A stretch of 32,000 nt of DNA from Zestosphaera tikiterensis (lineage in GTDB: Archaea > Thermoproteota > Thermoprotei_A > Sulfolobales > NBVN01), in the NCBI GenBank assembly GCA_003056265.1, contig NBVN01000004.1, positions 60,001 to 92,000 of the forward strand, in the 5' to 3' direction. Shown here piece after piece: positions 1 to 6,981 of this stretch. Made by a program: the position numbers and the translations under genes. The notes beneath the pieces were generated by a model, which was given only the letters and a program-made list of their open reading frames with translations, did no database searches and was not told the DNA's origin. The number at the start of each line of letters is the position of its first letter. The first letter of the stretch is position 1.

Positions 1-111
1 GATAATTGGGATGGACCACCACCCTTAAGGAAGGATTTCGACTCTGTAAAGTACGCGTTAGAGCATTACTATAAGGGGCTTAGGTATGAAAGAGGTGATA
101 GTAATGAATGA
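1..111 (+). CDS. 3' end of a NuoC/MbhK-type subunit of a membrane-bound respiratory complex (partial; start lies outside the window)
   Basis: Frame 1 reads DNWDGPPPLRKDFDSVKYALEHYYKGLRYERGDSNE* with stop TGA at 109-111. W-x-G-x-PLRKDF resembles the conserved C-terminal motif of NuoC-like subunits. The ORF lies directly upstream of a NuoD-like gene. Confidence 0.5.
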   Translation, partial: DNWDGPPPLRKDFDSVKYALEHYYKGLRYERGDSNE

Positions 112-1204
112 AGAGATTGAGCTGTTTTTCGGTCCCCAACATCCTGGAGCTCCGGGTAACGTAGGTTTTAAACTAAAACTTAAAGGTGAGAGAGTTCTAG
201 ACGTTGAGCTGATTCCCGGCTTCCTCCACAGAGGCTTTGAGAAAATGATGGAAAACAGGTGGTGGGAGGTAAACGTAGTTTTATCGTCTAGATACTGCGT
301 TGAGGACCCAGACAACATGGAGTTAGGGTATGTCTTAGCTGTTGACGATCTCTACGGAGTTGAAGTACCTGAGAAGGCAAATCACGTCAGAACGGTAGTA
401 GCCGAGATGAGTAGAATACAATCGCATCTTTTCTGGATTATGTTTATGGGCGCAGGGTTAGGAGCTAGGTACATACCTAGTTGGGCTATGGCGGCGCGTG
501 AAGAGATACTTAAGTGGTATGATTACCTCACCGGGCATAGGATCTATCATCACTACATGGTTCCTGGAGGGATACGTTGGAACGTACCTCAAGACTTTAA
601 TGAAAGAACGCTACATACCTTGAACACCGTGAGTAAGATAGTTAGGGATATCGAGGAAGCCTTTATAACGAATAAAATCGTTCGAGAGAGGACGGAAGGT
701 GTCGGCGTAGTTAAAGGTTCTATAGCGGTTGAGTTAGGCGTTTCAGGACCTACCTTAAGAGCTGCTGGAATACCCTACGACATAAGGAAAGCGGATCCAT
801 ACGCATCATACGGAAAGGTGAGCTTTGAAGTTCCCGTAGGTTCTAGAGGAGATTCATACGATAGGATTAAAATCAGGGTTAAGGAAATCTATGAAAGCAT
901 TAAGATAATCGAACAACTACTTCCGAAGATTAACTACGAGGACAAAGCCTACAGGTTACAGTTACCTACCATACCACCCAACGGAGAAGGGTTGGGACGT
1001 GTTGAGGCTGCTCGCGGGGAGCACTTAGTTCATGTGGTTAATTTAAGAAGTAGGTACCCATATAGAGTAAGGATAAGACCTCCCTCCATGCCGTTACTTA
1101 CTACGGTGCTTAAGTATATAGTAAGTAATGAGGAGGTAACGATAGCCGATTTTCCAGTAATAGTTAAAAGCCTAGATCCCTGCGCACCAGATATAGATAG
1201 GTGA
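86..1204 (+). CDS. NuoD-like / group-4 [NiFe]-hydrogenase-like large subunit, Mbx (MbxL)-type without a complete NiFe site
   Basis: 372 aa. FFGPQHPGAPG and LHRGFEKMMEN match the GPxHP and HRGxEK signatures of NuoD / Mbh large subunits. Both NiFe-ligand CxxC motifs read CxxD: RYCVED (Cys codon 296-298) and the C-terminal DPCAPDIDR*. An alternative start at ATG 104 would overlap the upstream stop. Confidence 0.85.
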   Translation: MKEVIVMNEEIELFFGPQHPGAPGNVGFKLKLKGERVLDVELIPGFLHRGFEKMMENRWWEVNVVLSSRYCVEDPDNMELGYVLAVDDLYGVEVPEKANHVRTVVAEMSRIQSHLFWIMFMGAGLGARYIPSWAMAAREEILKWYDYLTGHRIYHHYMVPGGIRWNVPQDFNERTLHTLNTVSKIVRDIEEAFITNKIVRERTEGVGVVKGSIAVELGVSGPTLRAAGIPYDIRKADPYASYGKVSFEVPVGSRGDSYDRIKIRVKEIYESIKIIEQLLPKINYEDKAYRLQLPTIPPNGEGLGRVEAARGEHLVHVVNLRSRYPYRVRIRPPSMPLLTTVLKYIVSNEEVTIADFPVIVKSLDPCAPDIDR

Positions 1205-1210
1205 GCTGGT

Positions 1211-1681
1211 ATGGTTATTAAGACGTTTAAAGTAGGTCTTAAATACCTTTTGAGAAGACCCTACACTAGGTTAGTACCGGATAGAGAAGGCCCCCTAACT
1301 TCAGATAGGACGCGTGGAAGGCATGTGTTAGACATGAGTAAATGCACGGGTTGTAGCATGTGCCAGAAGGTTTGCCCGGCCGATGCTATACAGATGGTTA
1401 AAGTTGAAGGTCCCTGGCCTCAAAACGTTAAAAAGATATTCCCCAGAATTGATTACCAGAGATGTACCTTCTGCGGTATGTGTGTTGAAGCATGTCCATT
1501 CAACGCATTATCAATGACTAACATCTCAGGCTGGTATTTAATAACAAGAGATAAGAAATCCACACTCTATAATCCTGAAAAACTCTCTAAGGTTTTTGAA
1601 ACGAAGGAATATAGGATCACGATGGTTAAATCCTTAGCTGAAGTCCAACGTCTTAAGAAGGAAGGTGAATCTAATGCTTGA
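1211..1681 (+). CDS. NuoI/MbhN-type 2x[4Fe-4S] ferredoxin subunit
   Basis: 156 aa with two CxxCxxCxxxCP motifs (CTGCSMCQKVCP, CTFCGMCVEACP). It starts 6 nt after the large-subunit gene. Confidence 0.85.
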   Translation: MVIKTFKVGLKYLLRRPYTRLVPDREGPLTSDRTRGRHVLDMSKCTGCSMCQKVCPADAIQMVKVEGPWPQNVKKIFPRIDYQRCTFCGMCVEACPFNALSMTNISGWYLITRDKKSTLYNPEKLSKVFETKEYRITMVKSLAEVQRLKKEGESNA

Positions 1682-1955
1682 ACTACTGCAGGATTACCTC
1701 CTTTGGGCGTTAGTCACCGTGTATTTCATAGCTGGCATGCTTTACTTAGGTAGGTTATTTAAAGGTGTTGATGTCCCATCGATGGTGATTTTAGTAGATT
1801 CTCTAACGTATGATGTCGCTGTATTGATTTTAGTTATAGCTATATACACGAGGAACGCTTTTTTAGCTATAATAGCGTTGCCGCTATCCTTATGGGCTTA
1901 CGCCCTTGACATCTACGTATCTAAGTACTTGGAGGGGAGAGAGTTTGGTGATTGA
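1674..1955 (+). CDS. Small integral-membrane subunit, MrpF/MbhB-like (assigned by context)
   Basis: ORF track gives 1665..1955. ATG 1674 is preceded by GGAAGGTGA and overlaps the upstream stop (ATGCTTGA). About 93 aa, mostly hydrophobic helices, directly before an MnhG-like gene. Confidence 0.45.
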   Translation: MLELLQDYLLWALVTVYFIAGMLYLGRLFKGVDVPSMVILVDSLTYDVAVLILVIAIYTRNAFLAIIALPLSLWAYALDIYVSKYLEGREFGD

Positions 1956-2334
1956 TCCTTATGTATTAACTGAGGTGTTAACAACGCTACTTTTAATGGG
2001 TGCATTAATAGGGGGTATACTAGACGTTATAGCTGCTTTAGGAATGATTAGGTTTAAAGATTTCTACCTAAGACTACATGCTCTAACGGTTGGTGTTATT
2101 GGAGGTTCGTTCTATCCATTGATACTATTAGGACTGTACTCCATGATTAAACTGCCTTACCCAAGCAATTACTACGTAGGTGGTATAGCGTTAACTACGG
2201 CTTTCTTCATATTGATCACCGCCCCAGCTGGAAGTCACGCAATTGCTAGAGCTGCTCATAGATCTAAACACGTCCCAAAACCTGCGGTTGTAGATAGATT
2301 ACGTGAAGATAGGGAGTCCGGGGTGATGAATTAA
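1948..2334 (+). CDS. MnhG/MrpG-like membrane subunit
   Basis: ORF track gives 1906..2334. GTG 1948 overlaps the upstream stop (GTGATTGA). GMIRFKDFYLRLHALTVG matches the MnhG/PhaG family signature (R-x-x-D-x-Y-x-R-x-H). Confidence 0.7.
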   Translation: MIDPYVLTEVLTTLLLMGALIGGILDVIAALGMIRFKDFYLRLHALTVGVIGGSFYPLILLGLYSMIKLPYPSNYYVGGIALTTAFFILITAPAGSHAIARAAHRSKHVPKPAVVDRLREDRESGVMN

Positions 2335-2335
2335 A

Positions 2336-2608
2336 ATGAACTACATTACAGTTAATGATGTGATGCTGGCTGTTTTCCTAACTATAGCCCTTTTATTCAC
2401 GTATAAAACGTTAGTAGAGAAAGATCTCTTAAAAGCGGTTATATATTCGGCTGTGGAGTCGGCTTCATATACGGTTGTATTCACTTCATTATTCGCGCCA
2501 GATTTAGCGTTAGCTTACGTAGCGATAGGGGTTGGAGTTTACTCAGCCTTATTCTTACTCGTAATTTCCAGGACGGAAAGGTTTGAAGGAGGTGATTCCA
2601 ATGCCTGA
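2336..2608 (+). CDS. MbhD / MrpB-N-terminal-like (DUF4040-type) small membrane subunit
   Basis: 90 aa with three hydrophobic segments. LFAPDLALAYVAIGVG resembles the APDVALTE-type motif of this family. Confidence 0.5.
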   Translation: MNYITVNDVMLAVFLTIALLFTYKTLVEKDLLKAVIYSAVESASYTVVFTSLFAPDLALAYVAIGVGVYSALFLLVISRTERFEGGDSNA

Positions 2609-3425
2609 CTTAAGGACTTTCATAATAGCTTTATCGTTAATCACGGTTTCAGCTGTTTTAGGGTATGCTTTAATAACGTATGGCTTAGCCCCAGTAGCTA
2701 ATCAAGACTTAGTTAAACTCTCAAGGGTGTATTTAGGTACGGTATTCAATAAATCAAGTGTTTTGTGGGGTGCTTCACCTGAGGTAGTTACCTCCATCAT
2801 ATGGGATTATAGGGGTTTAGACACGGTTTACGAGACTACGGTGTTCTTCGTGGCTGTTATCTCAGCATTAACTTTATTTAGGAATGTTAAAATAACTCCT
2901 TCCAATACCGGCAGGGGCGTAGGAATGACTGTAATCGTGAAGACCGTGTCTAAAATTGTATTCATAGCCATACCCGCCGTAGCTGTATCTATAACTGTTC
3001 ACGGGCATTTAACTCCGGGAGGCGGATTTCAAGGGGGCTCCACGTTCTCTGTAGCGTCCTTATTAATGATTAGCGTCTTCTCACTTAACCTCGTAGTTGC
3101 TAGGGGATGGTCGAAGGAGAAGCTCTTAAGTATTAGAACTTTAGGGTTGCTTTCTGTAGGATTTGTAGCTTTCTCAACACCTTTAATCGCGTCTTTACTT
3201 GGTTTGAAAGGTTACTTAATGCAGAACTTAGAGAAGCCTTGGGCCCCTGTAGGTTGGCCTGCTGAAGTTAGTTTAGCAAGTGCTTCAAGCATTTTAGTTT
3301 CCGGAACTTTAATCGTGTTAAACATAGCTGAGTTTGTTGCGGTGTCAGCCGGCCTTTCATTAATATTTATCACGTTATCGTTACCTACGAACGTTTTAGA
3401 AGAGGGTGGGGGTGTGGCAAGGTGA
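2601..3425 (+). CDS. MnhB-domain membrane subunit (MbhE/F-like)
   Basis: ORF track gives 2583..3425. ATG 2601 has GGAGGTGA 5 nt upstream and overlaps the previous stop by 8 nt. Multi-TM protein. IWDYRGLDTVYETTVFFVAV matches the MnhB-domain motif (D-x-R-G-x-D-T-x-x-E). Confidence 0.65.
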   Translation: MPDLRTFIIALSLITVSAVLGYALITYGLAPVANQDLVKLSRVYLGTVFNKSSVLWGASPEVVTSIIWDYRGLDTVYETTVFFVAVISALTLFRNVKITPSNTGRGVGMTVIVKTVSKIVFIAIPAVAVSITVHGHLTPGGGFQGGSTFSVASLLMISVFSLNLVVARGWSKEKLLSIRTLGLLSVGFVAFSTPLIASLLGLKGYLMQNLEKPWAPVGWPAEVSLASASSILVSGTLIVLNIAEFVAVSAGLSLIFITLSLPTNVLEEGGGVAR

Positions 3426-3844
3426 AGGAGTTCTTATGGATGTATTTCTACGCAGTTTTATTTTTAACTATGTTGGTAGCTATATATGGTATAGCTGTAA
3501 AACCAAACATGCTTAAGAAGATTATAATGTTATCAATACTTTCGGACGCTGCTAACGTACTAGCTGTTGTTATGGGTTATAGAGCTAATGCTTCATCGCC
3601 TCCAGTGTACCCTGGGTATACCTTTGAAGTGGTGGATTACCCATCTAAAGACGCAATCGTCAGTTTCGTAAATTCAGCTGTTGACCCAATACCTCAGGTA
3701 TTGGTTGTAACCGCCATAGTGATAGGTCTTGCCGTGTTAGTTTTTCTATCCTCTATACTCATCTTAATCTACAGGAAATACAGAACTTTAGATGTTAGGC
3801 GATTAAGCTCTTTAATTAAAGAAGGGGGTGAATGGATTGAGTAA
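3422..3844 (+). CDS. MnhC/NuoK-like membrane subunit
   Basis: 140 aa with a GTGA start/stop overlap. DPIPQVLVVTAIVIGLAV matches the conserved DP-x-PQAL-x-LTAIVI region of MnhC/NuoK-like subunits. Confidence 0.6.
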   Translation: MKEFLWMYFYAVLFLTMLVAIYGIAVKPNMLKKIIMLSILSDAANVLAVVMGYRANASSPPVYPGYTFEVVDYPSKDAIVSFVNSAVDPIPQVLVVTAIVIGLAVLVFLSSILILIYRKYRTLDVRRLSSLIKEGGEWIE

Positions 3845-4355
3845 AGAAGGGGGAGGTTTAGGCAGGGTTTTCGTAGTAGCGGGTTTCGTATTTATGATTT
3901 ACGTAGTTTTCACAGGTGCTTTAACATTAGTGGATTTAATCGTAGGGTTTTCTACAGCTATTGTGGTTGGGGTATTAAGTAGCGACTTAGTAGTGAAGAA
4001 CTCGTCCAAAGCTTTCGAGTTGAGAAGGTGGGTTTACCTCCTATTCTATACCTTAAAATACCTTACAGTCTACGAGTTTAAAGCTCATTTAGACGTTGTG
4101 AAGAGGATTTTATCTCCGAAGCTACCAGTTAATCCAGCTATAGTTAGAGTTCCTTACGAGGTTGACGACGAGTACGCTGTAACCACTATAGCGAATTCTA
4201 TAACCAACACCCCCGGAACTGTTGTAGTAGATATAGACGTCGTTAGGAAGGTTATGTACGTTCATTGGATTGACGCTAAAGCTGTGGAAGACTTTAAAGC
4301 GAGGGAATATATCTCTGAGGACTTTGAAAAATACGCTACGAAGATTTTTGGGTGA
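3828..4355 (+). CDS. MnhE/MrpE-like subunit
   Basis: 175 aa. N-terminal TM helices are followed by a soluble domain. SITNTPGTVVVDID matches the MnhE family T-x-T-P-G-T signature. The start could be GTG 3828 or TTG 3837. Confidence 0.7.
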   Translation: MNGLSKEGGGLGRVFVVAGFVFMIYVVFTGALTLVDLIVGFSTAIVVGVLSSDLVVKNSSKAFELRRWVYLLFYTLKYLTVYEFKAHLDVVKRILSPKLPVNPAIVRVPYEVDDEYAVTTIANSITNTPGTVVVDIDVVRKVMYVHWIDAKAVEDFKAREYISEDFEKYATKIFG

Positions 4356-4726
4356 TATGCATGAATGAACTGCAGCTCACAGTTGACATATATGCTTTGG
4401 TCATCACCACACTAACTCTAGTGAACGCAGGTGCTGTTTATATGATCTTCTATGAGATGTTCAAGAGGTTCTATGGAGCTAAACTTAAGTTTGAAACGCC
4501 TGTCAAGAATATGATGACGCTATGCGGTATGGAAGTTACAGATGAGGTTAAGCATTTAGTGCCTGTTTCGGAGATTATGGTCTTTACATTTAGGAAGGCC
4601 TTCAAGCACATTACAGAGAGCTTGACGTCAGAATTTGAAAGTAAGGTACTTAGGGATTGGTTCTTCTATGCTTTGATAATCTTAACGGCACTCATAGTTT
4701 TATCCCTTATAATGGGGTGGTATTAA
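4352..4726 (+). CDS. Hypothetical two-TM protein inside the Mbx-like operon (possible accessory subunit)
   Basis: 124 aa. It is translationally coupled at both ends (GTGA overlap at 4352-4355, TAATG overlap at 4724-4728). Hydrophobic helices at both termini flank a charged, probably amphipathic helical middle. I recognise no family motif. Confidence 0.45.
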   Translation: MICMNELQLTVDIYALVITTLTLVNAGAVYMIFYEMFKRFYGAKLKFETPVKNMMTLCGMEVTDEVKHLVPVSEIMVFTFRKAFKHITESLTSEFESKVLRDWFFYALIILTALIVLSLIMGWY

Positions 4727-5733
4727 TGACGGATTTAAACCTCGGGATAGTGTTGGTTTCGGAGGTTTTGATATATCCAGGGCTTATGTTTTTAGTAGCA
4801 ACTATAATATTCACGCAGTGGTTATGGAGGAAAATAGCTGCTAGGTTAGGCTTTAGAAGAGGGCCCATGAAGACAGGCCCTGCTGGGGTTTTACAGCCTA
4901 TGGCAGACTTACTCAAACTTCTATCTAAGGAGGAAGTTAGAACAGCCCTCTCATCTAAAAGATTGCCTGCGTTAATAGCACCCCTAGGGATTGGAGCGTT
5001 GTCTACGGTTCTTCTAACCACACCCTTAGCCCCACTACCCATATGGTCACCTTTCGATTCTTTAGTGGTGCTTTACCTCATATTATGGGCTACAGTTTCA
5101 ATTGTGATATTAGCTCTTTCAACGCCTAACCCCTACACAAACATAGGCGTTGGAAGGTATCTAGCGTTTATAGTAGCTGCTGAACCGCCGTTCTTCATAT
5201 CTGTGTTGGTACCTATAATACTCGCTAGTAGGTATTATAGCGACGTAAATTATTCGATATATAAGACTAGCCTCTACTCAAGCAGTTTATGGGGTCTTAA
5301 CCCATTAACTGCGACGCTTATGTTATTATCTGCTTTCTCCGGTTTTATCTCTATGATGGCTGTAATGAATATAAAACCTTTTGACGCGGCTGAAGCGGAA
5401 ACTGAAATCTACTGGGGTATATTCACAGAATTTGGAGGTCCTAGACTAGCCTTAGGTATGTTCATATCATTTGCTGAAAGAGTTGTACTGCCGCTTATCT
5501 ATACGTTTCTTTTCCTAGGGGGTTCTTCACCATTCACCTTCACCGATAACTACCTAGCGTCATTGATTACTACACTGATTAAGTTCTTCGTTATTTTCTC
5601 TATATTAGCTATAATAGATACTTTAATGCCTAGGTTTAGACCCGATCAAGCCGTAAGGTTCTTAATTAAATACGCCTTAACTACAGCGGTAATAGCTTTA
5701 ATAGCCTCAATAACTTTAACGTTTATCTACTGA
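4726..5733 (+). CDS. NuoH/MbhM-like membrane subunit
   Basis: ORF track gives 4657..5733. ATG 4726 overlaps the upstream TAA. FRRGPMKTGPAGVLQPMADLLKLLSKEE matches the NuoH signature (R-x-GP-x-x-x-G-x-x-G-x-LQ-x-x-AD-x-x-K). The protein is polytopic. Confidence 0.8.
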   Translation: MTDLNLGIVLVSEVLIYPGLMFLVATIIFTQWLWRKIAARLGFRRGPMKTGPAGVLQPMADLLKLLSKEEVRTALSSKRLPALIAPLGIGALSTVLLTTPLAPLPIWSPFDSLVVLYLILWATVSIVILALSTPNPYTNIGVGRYLAFIVAAEPPFFISVLVPIILASRYYSDVNYSIYKTSLYSSSLWGLNPLTATLMLLSAFSGFISMMAVMNIKPFDAAEAETEIYWGIFTEFGGPRLALGMFISFAERVVLPLIYTFLFLGGSSPFTFTDNYLASLITTLIKFFVIFSILAIIDTLMPRFRPDQAVRFLIKYALTTAVIALIASITLTFIY

Positions 5734-5809
5734 TGAGCCCTTACAAGTTAATGTTAATTAATCGTTATCGAATATGATTTAATCACATAAACCTAAGATC
5801 TCCAGACAT

Positions 5810-6346
5810 GTGCAGGCAAATACTTCAGAAATAAAACGAATATTAACCTATTTGAAAGTTAATACTATGGTGTTTAAAATGTGGTCTGAAATGTTTAAAA
5901 GTATGTCAAACTTAGAGAAGGAATACTCTAAAAAACTTAGTGACTCAGCTAAGGACGTTAAAAACCCTGTCGTTAAGATAATAATGAAGTCCGTAGCGCA
6001 AGATTCTTTGAAGCATTCCCTAATATACGAAGCCTTGGTTGAGATGCTGTCCGGCGAGAGGCCTATGTTAGGTGAGGCCGAAGCGGAGAAAATAGCTTCT
6101 GAAATAGAGTATCATATAAAAACTGAAGAGGAGATGATAAGGTTCCTAAACGATGCTTTAAAGCAGGATATAAAGGATAAGTCATTGAAGTTCCTGCTGG
6201 AGTCGCTTTTAAGGGATGAAATATATCACCATGCGTTATTAAAGAGAGTTCATGAAATGATAGTTAAGAAAGAAACGTTTACCGAATCTGATTTATGGGA
6301 TTTGGTTTGGAAGGAAGCAGCTTTTCATGGAGCTCCAGGAGGTTAG
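5810..6346 (+). CDS. Hypothetical helical protein, possibly ferritin-like four-helix-bundle
   Basis: 178-aa ORF. The true start is probably ATG 5867 (MVFKMWSEMF...). It is helix-rich, with QDSLKH and DEIYHH (ExxH-like) strings in two halves. The functional call is weak. Confidence 0.35.
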   Translation: MQANTSEIKRILTYLKVNTMVFKMWSEMFKSMSNLEKEYSKKLSDSAKDVKNPVVKIIMKSVAQDSLKHSLIYEALVEMLSGERPMLGEAEAEKIASEIEYHIKTEEEMIRFLNDALKQDIKDKSLKFLLESLLRDEIYHHALLKRVHEMIVKKETFTESDLWDLVWKEAAFHGAPGG

Positions 6347-6876
6347 GGGGGTTCAAACTGGAGAATGAATACTTAAACTTTCTCTTAACTAGGAGGAGTA
6401 TAAGAAAGTTTAAACCTGACCCTATATCTAAAGAGGTTATACTGAAGATCCTAGACGTAGCTAGGTATGCTCCAAGCGCTAGAAACGCACAACCCTGGAT
6501 TTTCATCGTAATAACCGATGAGAAGGTTAAGAACGAGTTAGCGTCTGTACATAGTTGGGCTAGCCCGTTGAAAAACGCTCCTTTAGGGATAGTTATAGCA
6601 TGTAATAAAGACCTTTCTCCTCACTCATATCAGGTCGACTGTGCTAACGTCACTATGTACGTTATGCTGGCAGCTCATGCTTTAGGGTTAGGTAGCGTGT
6701 GGTTACAGACCCTCAGAAACGTTAGCGAAATTCAGAAGATACTTAACCTACCTGAGAATTACGTGCCTGTCTCAATGTTAGCTATCGGATACCCGGACGA
6801 AAAGCCAACTCCCAGGCCTAGGAAAAACCTTAACGAAATAACATTTAAAGACAGATTCAACGAACCGTTTATTTGA
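6295..6876 (+). CDS. Nitroreductase-family flavoprotein
   Basis: LLTRRSIRKFKPDPISKEVILKILDVARYAPSARNAQPWIFIVI is the canonical nitroreductase N-terminal signature. The start is uncertain: ATG 6295 overlaps the upstream ORF by 52 nt, and GGAGG at 6338-6342 suggests a later start. Confidence 0.85.
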   Translation: MGFGLEGSSFSWSSRRLGGFKLENEYLNFLLTRRSIRKFKPDPISKEVILKILDVARYAPSARNAQPWIFIVITDEKVKNELASVHSWASPLKNAPLGIVIACNKDLSPHSYQVDCANVTMYVMLAAHALGLGSVWLQTLRNVSEIQKILNLPENYVPVSMLAIGYPDEKPTPRPRKNLNEITFKDRFNEPFI

Positions 6877-6921
6877 ATACATCCTAACGTGGGGATTAAA
6901 TAAAAGTTCTAAATAAAGAAT

Positions 6922-6936
6922 GGTAAAACTTAAAAA
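6922..6936 (+). promoter_or_regulatory. BRE/TATA-like promoter element for the S16 protease gene
   Basis: GTAAAACTTAAAAAC lies about 46 nt upstream of ATG 6982. It resembles the AAAACTTATATA elements at 10022 and 11523. A second GTAAAACTT copy is at 6946. Confidence 0.4.
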
Positions 6937-6981
6937 CATTTTAGTAAAACTTCAAGTAGGTATGCGAGTAGGGTGTGAAGT

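Noticed and set aside
58-318. 86-aa minus-strand ORF antisense to the NuoD-like gene
   Set aside because: It lies entirely inside a well-supported plus-strand gene, has a low-complexity Ser/Pro/Leu-rich translation and no motif. It is a typical shadow ORF.
4707-5042. 111-aa minus-strand ORF antisense to the NuoH-like gene
   Set aside because: It is a shadow ORF inside a strongly supported membrane-subunit gene, with no start context or motif.
6279-6506. 75-aa minus-strand ORF across the ferritin-like/nitroreductase junction
   Set aside because: It is antisense to the unmistakable nitroreductase N-terminus, with no supporting signal.
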